From contig JABHQW010000008.1 of assembly GCA_018696595.1 (NCBI GenBank), positions 256,001-320,000 of the forward strand: a stretch of DNA of 64,000 bases, in the 5' to 3' direction. Below the pieces are notes generated by a model, which was not told where the DNA came from, did not search any database, and worked only from the letters and a program-made list of their open reading frames with translations. Positions 28,244-37,217 of this stretch are shown piece after piece. How positions within the stretch are numbered: the stretch's first letter is position 1; every line of letters begins with the position of its first letter. The DNA comes from Candidatus Woesearchaeota archaeon (GTDB taxonomy: Archaea > Nanobdellota > Nanobdellia > Woesearchaeales > GW2011-AR9). The position numbers and the translations under genes are program-made.

Positions 28244-30865
28244 CTATTCAATCTCAAATCGAAGTATAGCAGCAATGCCGCCTAAATCTCTAAGTTGTGC
28301 CCCTTCTCTAGTTTCTGTAGAAATAATCCTAACTTCTGCACCACCTGCTTGTGCCTTCTCTTCCAAATCAAAAATCTTATTTTCAGGAATACTCTCTGAA
28401 ATTAGTAAAATGTCAACTGCGGCCATTTCTAAAGCTTTCAATGTTTCTTTCTCCCCATAAGTTGCTTTTTTGGGCGTATCTCTAAGAGTGCCTAAGAATT
28501 GTTGCATAATTTTTTTCTCGTGAGCAATTTCTTCTTCTGATAAAAGGTCTTCAGATTTTTCTAATAATTCTTGCAATCCAAAATCTCCGGTATACGATAA
28601 ATCTTTAGTACCAATAATTTTTTTCTTTACATCTCCAGTAATATAATCTTTATTCATAAAATCGTTAATCGTAACACCGGGGCCACCAATAATAATGCCT
28701 TTCAAATCTTTTCCAAGAGGTAAGAATTGATCTTTCATATATTCTGCAATTTTTTTAAAATGATCTTTAGCAGCACCTTCTCTTAGACGAGCGAATCTTT
28801 GAGCAGAATTATGAACTATTAATCCATTTGCTATGAAGTTTTGATTGCCAACAGAAATGTCAATCATTTCAGTTTCTTCATTTCTTTTTTCAATATTAGC
28901 AATCTTAACCGGCAAAATGGGGCTATTATAAACTTCTTCTAATTGTGTATATAATTTCTTATCTTTAACACAAGACAAGATAGAACTCTTAAATGTTTGT
29001 TTACTCATCATTCTCTCATTTCTAAAGAAGTTTGTTACTTTTGGAAATTGGTTTGTGTTGTAACCAGCGTTTTCAATTATCTTTCTGATTTTCGAACCAG
29101 AAGCAATAATTTGTCTGACATTACTCTTATTTGATCTTAAATCAATACTCTTTTCTAATTTTTGTGATTTTTTATTACAAGTAAATCCAATTTGTTCTTT
29201 AAATAATTCTAAAGATTTCTTTTCTGTAATGTCAATTGTAAAGCGAGGATTATCACTTAGTGGATTTCTTCTATTGTCATATTCATGTAAAGAAGAAATG
29301 ATTCCAAATCTTAACAAAGCCATTTGTATTTGTTGTGCCAATATTTTGTTATTTATTCCAAATGCAGCCTGTTTTCTTTGAGAAACATAACCTTCTGCAT
29401 CAAAAAATCCTTTCACAAAACTTGCAAGAATTTTATTTGGAGAATTTAATATTTTTTCGGGAATTAAAGAATCTCTTGCTTTTTTTATTTCTGGAAATTC
29501 TGTTTGAATTAATCTAACTAATGGTCTACTTGTAAATCTTAACTGGTGGTAATTCTTACTTTCTCTAAATTTATAACTACAATTCAGATCAAAGTGTTGA
29601 TCAAACAATTCTTTATAATGTAAAGCAAGATCTTTACTTTGTTCAAAGAAAGTAATTCTATCTTTTTCTATACAACCATCACCCATTAGATAACCTAAAA
29701 ATTGAGCGAGATTTGCTTCAAGAAGAACCGGCAATTTGATGTTTTTGTATAGTTCAGGAGTAGTATAGTTATTTAGGAAATCATAAAAATCAATTTCTAA
29801 GGCCGCACAAAGCTTTTGCAAAGGAATTCTTCCAATATTTCTTTTTCCTTTTTCGTAAGTTGATATTGCTGTTTGGGTAAGCCCAGTAAGTTTTGCAACA
29901 TCTCTCTGAAATAAACTTTTTTCTTCTCGTTTTCTCTTGATTTGGTTTTGTCCTTCTTTATTTATTTTGAAAGAATTATAATATTGAACTGCTTTGATGG
30001 TTTGAAGTTTACCTTCTACTTCTATTTTTTCAGGCATAATTAGAAAATCTCCTTCTTGAAGTTCTTCAGCGGCTTTTTCTTTGATTCCATTCTCAGTTTT
30101 CACAAAGAAAATATGGTCTTTAGAAGATTCTACTTGTAGTCTTGGATATTTTGTTGTGATCTTGTAAACTTCATGTTTTTTGGCATTCCATTTATCTGTA
30201 ATTGGTGAATCTTTAATTGAGTGACTTTCCATAACCATACTCTTGAGCACAATTGGGTTATGGGAATTTTCAATTTTTAAGATGTCTCCCTGAGTGGATT
30301 GAATTAATGTTCCTTTCATACAACATTGTCCACCTGCTTTAGTTTTTCCAGGAACTTCCGAATGTGTTTTTTGCATTGGGACAATAGATTTTCCTTTCAA
30401 CAGAGCAATGGTTGCATCCCTTCTATCCATAACAACAAGACCATAAACTTCTTTGTTAACCATCATTTCTTCTAATAAATCAGTTACAAAGTTTTTATCA
30501 CAACGATAAATACGTGTGTTTAATTGGATTGGTGGTTCAATACTCCAAACTCGAACATCTTGTTTACCTTCTCCTGCGGCAACGTTTCCAGAAAAAACCG
30601 CAAAACCATTTTCTGGTGTGTTACCAATAGTTCTTAAATGTTGAATCATTTTTTCCAAAGCATTCTGGACATTCTTTCTAGTAGCAGCAGATTTAATGTT
30701 TGAAGCGGTTCCTTGCTCTTCTGCTAGATGTTGAATAATTTTTGTCATATCATAACCAGAAGGGATGTAAACTGTAACAAACTCTGTATGTGGAGCCTTA
30801 TGGCTACGTAACTCACTTACTATTTTTTTCAGTTTCAGTTTCTCTTGTGCGGTTATCGCTGCCAT
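28244..30865 (-). CDS. prf1: Peptide chain release factor aRF1 containing an intein
   Basis: TASNIKS, YRCD, GKTKAGGQ|intein|SAQRFARLRE, GGAEVRIISTETREGAQL; spliced length 367 aa. Confidence 0.95.
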   Translation of the reverse strand: MAAITAQEKLKLKKIVSELRSHKAPHTEFVTVYIPSGYDMTKIIQHLAEEQGTASNIKSAATRKNVQNALEKMIQHLRTIGNTPENGFAVFSGNVAAGEGKQDVRVWSIEPPIQLNTRIYRCDKNFVTDLLEEMMVNKEVYGLVVMDRRDATIALLKGKSIVPMQKTHSEVPGKTKAGGQCCMKGTLIQSTQGDILKIENSHNPIVLKSMVMESHSIKDSPITDKWNAKKHEVYKITTKYPRLQVESSKDHIFFVKTENGIKEKAAEELQEGDFLIMPEKIEVEGKLQTIKAVQYYNSFKINKEGQNQIKRKREEKSLFQRDVAKLTGLTQTAISTYEKGKRNIGRIPLQKLCAALEIDFYDFLNNYTTPELYKNIKLPVLLEANLAQFLGYLMGDGCIEKDRITFFEQSKDLALHYKELFDQHFDLNCSYKFRESKNYHQLRFTSRPLVRLIQTEFPEIKKARDSLIPEKILNSPNKILASFVKGFFDAEGYVSQRKQAAFGINNKILAQQIQMALLRFGIISSLHEYDNRRNPLSDNPRFTIDITEKKSLELFKEQIGFTCNKKSQKLEKSIDLRSNKSNVRQIIASGSKIRKIIENAGYNTNQFPKVTNFFRNERMMSKQTFKSSILSCVKDKKLYTQLEEVYNSPILPVKIANIEKRNEETEMIDISVGNQNFIANGLIVHNSAQRFARLREGAAKDHFKKIAEYMKDQFLPLGKDLKGIIIGGPGVTINDFMNKDYITGDVKKKIIGTKDLSYTGDFGLQELLEKSEDLLSEEEIAHEKKIMQQFLGTLRDTPKKATYGEKETLKALEMAAVDILLISESIPENKIFDLEEKAQAGGAEVRIISTETREGAQLRDLGGIAAILRFEIE
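28808..30325 (-). mobile_element. Intein (506 aa) with HTH insert and LAGLIDADG homing endonuclease
   Basis: Block A CCMKGT, block B SKDH, FLGYLMGDG and FVKGFFDAEG, block F MIDISV..QNFIANG, terminal HN followed by Ser+1. Confidence 0.93.
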
Positions 30866-30889
30866 GTTTATGTTAGAAATGGAGTGTGT

Positions 30890-31366
30890 TTATAAGAATT
30901 TTGCAATCTTTTTAATTAACTCTCCCTTGCCAAACCTTTTACCAGTATCAATCGTAATAATCTTGTGTTTTCTTTCTTTAGATTCATTTAAACAGATTTG
31001 AAAAATCTCTGCATCTAAGTTCTCACGAACCTTTTTCTTAGAATATTTTCTGTCTTGCAATCTTTTCTCAAGTTTTTTCAAATCAGAACAAGTTAAAACA
31101 ATACATAAATCTACTTTCTTCAACAAATGAGAAATGTGAGAATCAACAATAAGATTCTCTCCTTTAGACTTCTCTTTAACTAACTTCTCCAACTTTTTCA
31201 AATCAATGTCATAACATTGTTTACTTCTATCGTAACCAGTAGAAATTTGTTTGTAATAATGGTGTAAGTCTAATCTAGCAAATTTTAACTTTTTCTCTAA
31301 GTATTTCGTAAGTGTGGATTTGCCAGTACCAGGCGTTCCAGTGATTGCAATAACTTTCATAGACAT
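30890..31366 (-). CDS. Atypical adenylate kinase AK6/Fap7 family
   Basis: ITGTPGTGKS, IVDSH, RLQDRKYSKKKVRENLDAE. Confidence 0.88.
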   Translation of the reverse strand: MSMKVIAITGTPGTGKSTLTKYLEKKLKFARLDLHHYYKQISTGYDRSKQCYDIDLKKLEKLVKEKSKGENLIVDSHISHLLKKVDLCIVLTCSDLKKLEKRLQDRKYSKKKVRENLDAEIFQICLNESKERKHKIITIDTGKRFGKGELIKKIAKFL

Positions 31367-31400
31367 AATAAAACTAAAGAAGAATATAAATGTTTAGTTA

Positions 31401-33119
31401 TCAAGCATCTTTCTTATTCTTTTTATCTTTCTGTACATGAGCTCGATGATGGTGCCTCATAAAGCGGTTAACCAAATGCTTATGCAAGATTGATTCCACA
31501 ATCATGATAACAATAAATAGAACTAAAGCATATCCAATTAAGATTACTAAATCTAACCAAACATCTCCTAAAGAACCATGAAAGATAAATACTTCTCTAA
31601 CTAATTTTTCACCAATTACAAACGGATTAAAATAAGTTATTTGTCTTAACCAAGAAGCAATTCCTTCTAACGGAAAAATTGTTCCTGAGAAGAATAATAA
31701 AATACTTCCTAAAGAGATTGATGCAAGCACAGCAGTTTCTTCAGAGTTAAAGATATAACCAATAACCATGCCTAAGAATGTAAACACAGATGCTACAATG
31801 AACAAGACTAATGCCACTGCTGGTAAGTCTGGCCAAGAATCTTTTAAGAAAATCATTGAAATGCCTAAAATAACGACTATTTGAACAAGAATCAAAACTA
31901 AGTTTGTTAAGTATGTTGAAATCACAAAAGTTGCTTTCTTAATTGGTAAGAAAAAGTTACGTAAAAATGCTGGACTAGTTTTTTCCATCATTACTAATGT
32001 TGTTCCTAATAACAAAGAACTAAACATAAGTACTAAAATTAAGATTGAGGGGAATAAGTAACCTAAGAATGTGTTGTCTTCACTTACTTTTTCAATTTTA
32101 GTTGTTAAGGGATTAGTAATTGTATTTGCGTCAGTAATCTTCTGTCCTTCAATTGTGTTAATGACCTCATTTAATCCCGCTTGTACGCTATCAATTGTTG
32201 TTGCACTTTCACTTAATGCACTTGTAACAGAAGCTAAATTAGAGTTTGTACTGTCTACTGCAGAGGCAGCAGCAGTTAATTTTTCTTTTGCAGCAGTTAA
32301 GTCTGCTTGCATAGCAGTAACCATAGCACCAATTCCTACACTATCACTTACATTTGATCCAGACAATTCGTCCAAAGCATCTTGTAATGGTTTCTTGATT
32401 GCAGTTTTACTTGAAGTGATGTTAGCATTATCTACCGCAGTAATTGCTTTTTCAATTTTAGTGACTGCTGTACTAAGACTGGTACTAATTCCTGCAATTG
32501 CAGTTGTATCATACACTCCTACCGGGGCATTTAAATCTAAACCAGACAAACTAGATTTTGCAGCTGCTGCTGTTGAAGATGCAGAAGATGTTTTTTCTTT
32601 CAAAGCATCAACTTCAGTTTTCTTAGCAGCAATTGTGTTTTTAGTACTTGTAATTCTTGTAAGAACATCTTGAGTAAGTTCTTGAGAGATTTCTTGTGCT
32701 TTAATGTTAAATTTACTTTTTACTGTTTCCTGAATCATCCACACTAAATTAACTTTACTTGGATCAATATGGAACGTAACTTCTTTTTGTTCATTTCCAG
32801 TTGGCTGTAAGCTTTCAGGAAGAGAAATACATGTATGGAGTGTACCTTTTTTAACATCATCAATACAATTTTCTAATGAAGACTCATACTTACTAATGCT
32901 AAACTCTTCTTCTTGTAACACTGCGATAAATGAATTTACATCTTCAGTATAAGAGGGGGCATAAATTCCAATGTTTAATCCATATTGTTCAGAAGTGTTG
33001 TAAGATAATCCTAATAATAAAATAATAATCAGTGGAGCAAAAATAATAATCAGGGCTGACGCTTTAGATCGGACTAATAGTTTAATATTCTTTTTAGTCA
33101 ATAACCATAACGATCTCAT
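31401..33119 (-). CDS. ABC-2 type permease with large Ala/Ser/Thr-rich extracellular helical region
   Basis: N-terminal TM, long ASTL-rich helical loop, C-terminal FFSGTIFPLE...FNPF TM block. Confidence 0.8.
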   Translation of the reverse strand: MRSLWLLTKKNIKLLVRSKASALIIIFAPLIIILLLGLSYNTSEQYGLNIGIYAPSYTEDVNSFIAVLQEEEFSISKYESSLENCIDDVKKGTLHTCISLPESLQPTGNEQKEVTFHIDPSKVNLVWMIQETVKSKFNIKAQEISQELTQDVLTRITSTKNTIAAKKTEVDALKEKTSSASSTAAAAKSSLSGLDLNAPVGVYDTTAIAGISTSLSTAVTKIEKAITAVDNANITSSKTAIKKPLQDALDELSGSNVSDSVGIGAMVTAMQADLTAAKEKLTAAASAVDSTNSNLASVTSALSESATTIDSVQAGLNEVINTIEGQKITDANTITNPLTTKIEKVSEDNTFLGYLFPSILILVLMFSSLLLGTTLVMMEKTSPAFLRNFFLPIKKATFVISTYLTNLVLILVQIVVILGISMIFLKDSWPDLPAVALVLFIVASVFTFLGMVIGYIFNSEETAVLASISLGSILLFFSGTIFPLEGIASWLRQITYFNPFVIGEKLVREVFIFHGSLGDVWLDLVILIGYALVLFIVIMIVESILHKHLVNRFMRHHHRAHVQKDKKNKKDA

Positions 33120-33159
33120 AGTGCCTACCTCTTTTTTTAAATGAAATTAATTGGGAATT

Positions 33160-34119
33160 TTATTCTCCAATTACATCTTCTTCTTGAGCAATTTTTTCAA
33201 ATACTTCATGCAAAGATGGTTTACGTAAATCTAAATCATGTAAATTTAAATTGTCTTCTTTAATCACGCTCATTAAACTATCCATAGTTTTTCCTAAAGT
33301 TTCTGGATAAATTACTAAACTATGTCCCTTATCAACAATTTTCTTGAAGTGAAGGTCTTTAATTTTTTCTAAAAGTTGTTCTTTTTCTTTTCCAGACTGA
33401 ACGTTAATAGTAAGGTGATCTTTTAGATAAGGTTTTTTAACATCTTCAATCAGGCCGTGACTATGAACTTTTCCTTTGTGGACAATCGCGACTTTGTTAC
33501 AAATTTTCTCAATGTTTCCTAAATTATGAGATGCAATAACAATTGTAACTCCTTGTCGGCTAACTTCATCAAGAAGACGAAGAATTTCTTTTTGTAAGAT
33601 CGGATCTAAATCTGCAGTTGGCTCATCTAAAACTAACAATTTTGGTTTATGAACTAAACTACAAGAAATATCTAGTCGTTTTTGCATTCCTCCGGAAAGA
33701 TGTTCTGCTAATTTCTTCTTGTGATGACTTAACTTAGTGAACTCTAATAAATTATTAATGTTATGTTCCAATGTTTTTTTATCAATTTTGTAAAGTTTCC
33801 CGAAATGGATTAAGTTTTCTTTAACTGTTAATTTTGGATAAAAAGAATTGTGTTGCGGTGTAAAACCAAAATGCCTTTTAATTCTATGCAAATTGTCATT
33901 CAGATCTTTTTCTTTTCCTTCCACTTTAGAAAAATAAACCACTTCACCTTTACTGGGTTCAATGAAACCAATAATAAGATTTAATAATGTTGTTTTTCCA
34001 CTTCCGGATTGGCCAATAACTCCTAGAACATCTCCCGCTTCTAAAGTTAGATTTACATCTCTGAGAATATTTTTCTTCTTGTACTGCTTGGTCACCCCTT
34101 TTAATCTTATTAATTCCAC
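33160..34119 (-). CDS. ABC transporter ATP-binding protein
   Basis: GQSGSGKT, LSGGMQKR, LDEPT, SHN. Confidence 0.93.
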   Translation of the reverse strand: MELIRLKGVTKQYKKKNILRDVNLTLEAGDVLGVIGQSGSGKTTLLNLIIGFIEPSKGEVVYFSKVEGKEKDLNDNLHRIKRHFGFTPQHNSFYPKLTVKENLIHFGKLYKIDKKTLEHNINNLLEFTKLSHHKKKLAEHLSGGMQKRLDISCSLVHKPKLLVLDEPTADLDPILQKEILRLLDEVSRQGVTIVIASHNLGNIEKICNKVAIVHKGKVHSHGLIEDVKKPYLKDHLTINVQSGKEKEQLLEKIKDLHFKKIVDKGHSLVIYPETLGKTMDSLMSVIKEDNLNLHDLDLRKPSLHEVFEKIAQEEDVIGE

Positions 34120-34184
34120 AGCATAAAAGAATAATTATTAGTATATAAATGTTTTCTTCAATTAAACTTACTTAATCGTATCCA

Positions 34185-34463
34185 CTAAACTTTATGTTCT
34201 TTTCTTAGTGCATGGATATAAGCAATCTGGTGCGCTTTTAATTTTATTAGAACTTTGTTATGTTTTTTCATTAAACTATGGATGTCTTCTGTGGTTTTAG
34301 TATGTTTCTTCTTATGTTTGGAACGAGCACCTTCTGTTTCTGCTTTAGTATGTTTATCAACATGTTTTTTTGCTTTCTTACTTAAACGTTTAATTCTTTT
34401 ATTTAAAACAAGCAATTCTTTAGAATGAACATACAAATAACCCGCTTCATTAACTAAACCCAT
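34185..34463 (-). CDS. Small basic His/Lys-rich helical protein
   Basis: 92-aa ORF with TTTATAAA box upstream. Confidence 0.65.
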   Translation of the reverse strand: MGLVNEAGYLYVHSKELLVLNKRIKRLSKKAKKHVDKHTKAETEGARSKHKKKHTKTTEDIHSLMKKHNKVLIKLKAHQIAYIHALRKEHKV

Positions 34464-34524
34464 ACAGAAAGAATTCTTTTAATGTTTATAAATTTAATTA
34501 TAGTTACAATATTTTACCATTTAC

Positions 34525-35199
34525 TTACTTTTTAATAATGATCATACAGTGATCTTTCTCCAGCGGGTCAAGAGTTTTGTAATCAATAACCGTAAATATT
34601 TTGTCAAGCGCTGTTCGAATCTTAACAAAAATGTCTTCTGGTCTTCTTTTAACGTCAATACTTCTGGCTTTTACTGCTAACAAACCATAACCGCCTTTTT
34701 TCAAATACATGTTACAATTTCTTACAAAAATGTCCATTTGATTCTTCTGAGCAATATCTTGGTAAACAATATCTGCTTGACAAACTCTTTCAATATATTC
34801 TTCTGGGTGGTTTGCGTCTGCTAAAACTGGAATTAAGTTTTTTCTTTGTTCTGCCAAGAAAACAAAATCTCTCATTACTCTCGGAGCAGGATCAACTCCA
34901 AAGATTAATCCTTCTTCTCCAACAATATCAGAAACAAAACTAGGTGTGTAACCATGGGAACTTCCTAAATATAAAACCACATCATTCTTTCTGATTCCAA
35001 TGTTAGTGCAACCTTTCATAATCATTGCTGCTAACTTACTTCTTTGTGGATCAAACTCTCTGTACTCATCTTTTCCATCTCTTGAAGTTCTTTCTTCGAA
35101 ATGTGTTTTTCTAGGAAGAATAGATTTAGTGAAGATTCTTTTACCTCGAGCTTCCTGATAAATTTCAAATAGTTTATGTTCTTTTATTCTTCTACTCAT
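34525..35199 (-). CDS. flpA: Fibrillarin-like rRNA/tRNA 2'-O-methyltransferase
   Basis: YREFDPQRSKLAA, VLYLGSSHGYTPSFVSD, YQDIAQ, KARSID; start MSRRIK at 35199. Confidence 0.95.
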   Translation of the reverse strand: MSRRIKEHKLFEIYQEARGKRIFTKSILPRKTHFEERTSRDGKDEYREFDPQRSKLAAMIMKGCTNIGIRKNDVVLYLGSSHGYTPSFVSDIVGEEGLIFGVDPAPRVMRDFVFLAEQRKNLIPVLADANHPEEYIERVCQADIVYQDIAQKNQMDIFVRNCNMYLKKGGYGLLAVKARSIDVKRRPEDIFVKIRTALDKIFTVIDYKTLDPLEKDHCMIIIKK

Positions 35200-35707
35200 T
35201 TTTATTATAATGCTCCTCAACTTCTAAATAGCCCCAACCAATTGTTTGTTCCATTGTAAACCCAAGCTTTTCAACATATTCTTTAACTTCTTCTGCGGTT
35301 GGTGCTTCAATTTCTAAAAAGTGTGGGATCTTTTTCCAATTATCAATTTCAAACCGAACTTTTCCAATCGTATAAGATTCTCTGTGTTTTTTACCTTCAT
35401 GAATTTTTTTCAATCCGCTTCTTTCTAATATTTCAATAGTATCTGCAAAATTGCTTGTATTAACTTCTATCTCTTCTCTCGACTTGAATACTGAACCTCT
35501 ATTTGGGCCTTTAAAACAAAGTTCAACAGTTTCTCCTACCTTTCTTACTCGGATAAAACTGTCTTTCTGATATAATCTCATGTCTGGATGATCGAAAGCA
35601 AGTGCATGTATTTCTCCATCAAAAACTTTCTCTGCCCCTAAATCTAATAGTTTCTTTCTGATCTCTTCAAGATCAATGTCCAAGATTTTCACTTCAATTT
35701 CTTTCAT
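35192..35707 (-). CDS. CYTH-domain protein (class IV adenylate cyclase/triphosphate tunnel family)
   Basis: EIEVK, IRVRK, FKGP, REEIE, KHRESY, FLEIE. Confidence 0.9.
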   Translation of the reverse strand: MKEIEVKILDIDLEEIRKKLLDLGAEKVFDGEIHALAFDHPDMRLYQKDSFIRVRKVGETVELCFKGPNRGSVFKSREEIEVNTSNFADTIEILERSGLKKIHEGKKHRESYTIGKVRFEIDNWKKIPHFLEIEAPTAEEVKEYVEKLGFTMEQTIGWGYLEVEEHYNKNE

Positions 35708-35709
35708 TT

Positions 35710-36594
35710 TTACAACTTAACATCTAACTTTTTTTCTAATTCTTTACGATATTCTTTAGCTTTAAACTCACCTTTAAAGAAGTCTAAGCGAGTACATAAC
35801 GATAATTTGTCAGCAAGCATTCTAGCAGCTCTACCTTTTTTTCTTCGTTCAGATCTTTGAATTAATGGGTGGTTTATGATTACTCCATATTTGGGACTTC
35901 GAGAACCTGTTTTAATATGTCTGAATAAAGCTTTCTCTGCTCCCAATAATTGAATTGTGGATGAGGGTAAAAGAGCTAAACGTTTTAAACTTCGGCCAAG
36001 TTCAATCAATTTAGCGCCAATAGTTGCGCCCGCTAATTCTAATAAGTTTGGACAAAACTTTTTCATTACTCCTTCCAAATAAGTTTCATGTTTCTTACGT
36101 AATCCTTGTAATTCACGAATCTGTTTAGCTAATATTAACATTTCATTAACATCTTCTTTTTTTAGGTCTGCACCCATAGTTTCTTTCAACTTTAATTCTT
36201 TCATCAAATCTTCCTTACTCTCACTAATAACCATCTCAACAAACTTTTCTTGGTTGTTCATAACATTTTCAAACTCTGGTAAATATAAAGAGAACCACTC
36301 ACGAAGCCTTTTAATTAGTATATTATTTACTTTATCTAATTCGTTAACGTTAGCAATTGCTTGGATAATTAACATATCTTCTGATACAGAAGCTTTGATT
36401 CCTTTCTTAGTCAATGCTAAATTTTTCTCATAAAACTGAGTATAGTTTTCTCTATCTTTGAATTTTGACAGGACTTCATTTACTTTATTTTTAGGCAATT
36501 GTTCAAGTTTCTCACTAGATTTAGCTTTTTCAATGCTCTTACTTTTAACATCGTAAACAAACTTCCCTAATATATTAGTAAAGGAATATCTCAT
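35710..36594 (-). CDS. nop5: Nop5/Nop56 C/D RNP protein
   Basis: IIQAIANVNELDK..N..RLREW, CPNL, IQLLGAEKALF, PKYG. Confidence 0.92.
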   Translation of the reverse strand: MRYSFTNILGKFVYDVKSKSIEKAKSSEKLEQLPKNKVNEVLSKFKDRENYTQFYEKNLALTKKGIKASVSEDMLIIQAIANVNELDKVNNILIKRLREWFSLYLPEFENVMNNQEKFVEMVISESKEDLMKELKLKETMGADLKKEDVNEMLILAKQIRELQGLRKKHETYLEGVMKKFCPNLLELAGATIGAKLIELGRSLKRLALLPSSTIQLLGAEKALFRHIKTGSRSPKYGVIINHPLIQRSERRKKGRAARMLADKLSLCTRLDFFKGEFKAKEYRKELEKKLDVKL

Positions 36595-36641
36595 GGAAAC
36601 TCTACAGAAACGTAAGCTATATAAACTTTCGCTTAAAAAGT

Positions 36642-36730
36642 ATGAGTTTAGTTAGCTTTGCCAATGGAGGCACATTTTTTTCCATTGTTTGAAAAAAATA
36701 ATCGTGCCGTGCAAGCTTAACTAAACACAT
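36642..36730 (+). ncRNA. Hairpin carrying the second copy of the GC-CAAUGGA-GGCAC/GUGCC-GU-GC motif
   Basis: GTTTAGTTA/TAACTAAAC, GCTT(T)GC/GCAAGC, GGCAC/GTGCC, ATTTTTTTC/GAAAAAAAT; 36660-36678 identical to reverse complement of 28153-28171. Confidence 0.6.
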
Positions 36731-36753
36731 TCCTTAAAATCGAGGGTTTTATA

Positions 36754-37035
36754 ATGCATTTAGATAAAGTTGTTGATGGTCTGAAGAGAGGAGGCAAATT
36801 AGTTTGCCATCGTTGTAACGTTGAGTTAGATCAAGAAAAGTGGACTTCTGAATGGGATTCTAGTAATCCTAACCACCATTACAAATCTGCAATATGTGAA
36901 TGTGGTAAAAAGAATTGGGTCCAAGTAGATTTTCATGGTTCTGGACATGATCGGCATTTACAAGACCCAGATAAAGTAATTGAATCTGCAATTAAGAAAG
37001 TCGCAGATGATCTGCCTAAGACACTTGGGAAATGA
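36754..37035 (+). CDS. Small putative Zn-binding protein
   Basis: CHRC ... HHY ... CECG ... HGSGHD; GAGGG RBS. Confidence 0.7.
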   Translation: MHLDKVVDGLKRGGKLVCHRCNVELDQEKWTSEWDSSNPNHHYKSAICECGKKNWVQVDFHGSGHDRHLQDPDKVIESAIKKVADDLPKTLGK

Positions 37036-37046
37036 AGCTTCTAATG

Positions 37047-37217
37047 CCGAAACCTTTATAAACAAACTCGTTCCCAAGAGAGAAACACGATTATAATCAA
37101 ACTACTTTCCTGAGAAAGTAAGTGATTATAGTTATGATTAGCCTGAAAAGGTGACCAACACCGAATACCGTTCTTTGTTGGAAACCAGTTAAAGGCAATT
37201 TAGGAAGTATAAACAAT
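37047..37217 (+). promoter_or_regulatory. Promoter and structured 5' leader of the uL3 operon
   Basis: CCGAAA-C-CTTTATAAA promoter; hairpins 37089-37132, CCT-GAAA-AGG, CCAACA/TGTTGG. Confidence 0.55.
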
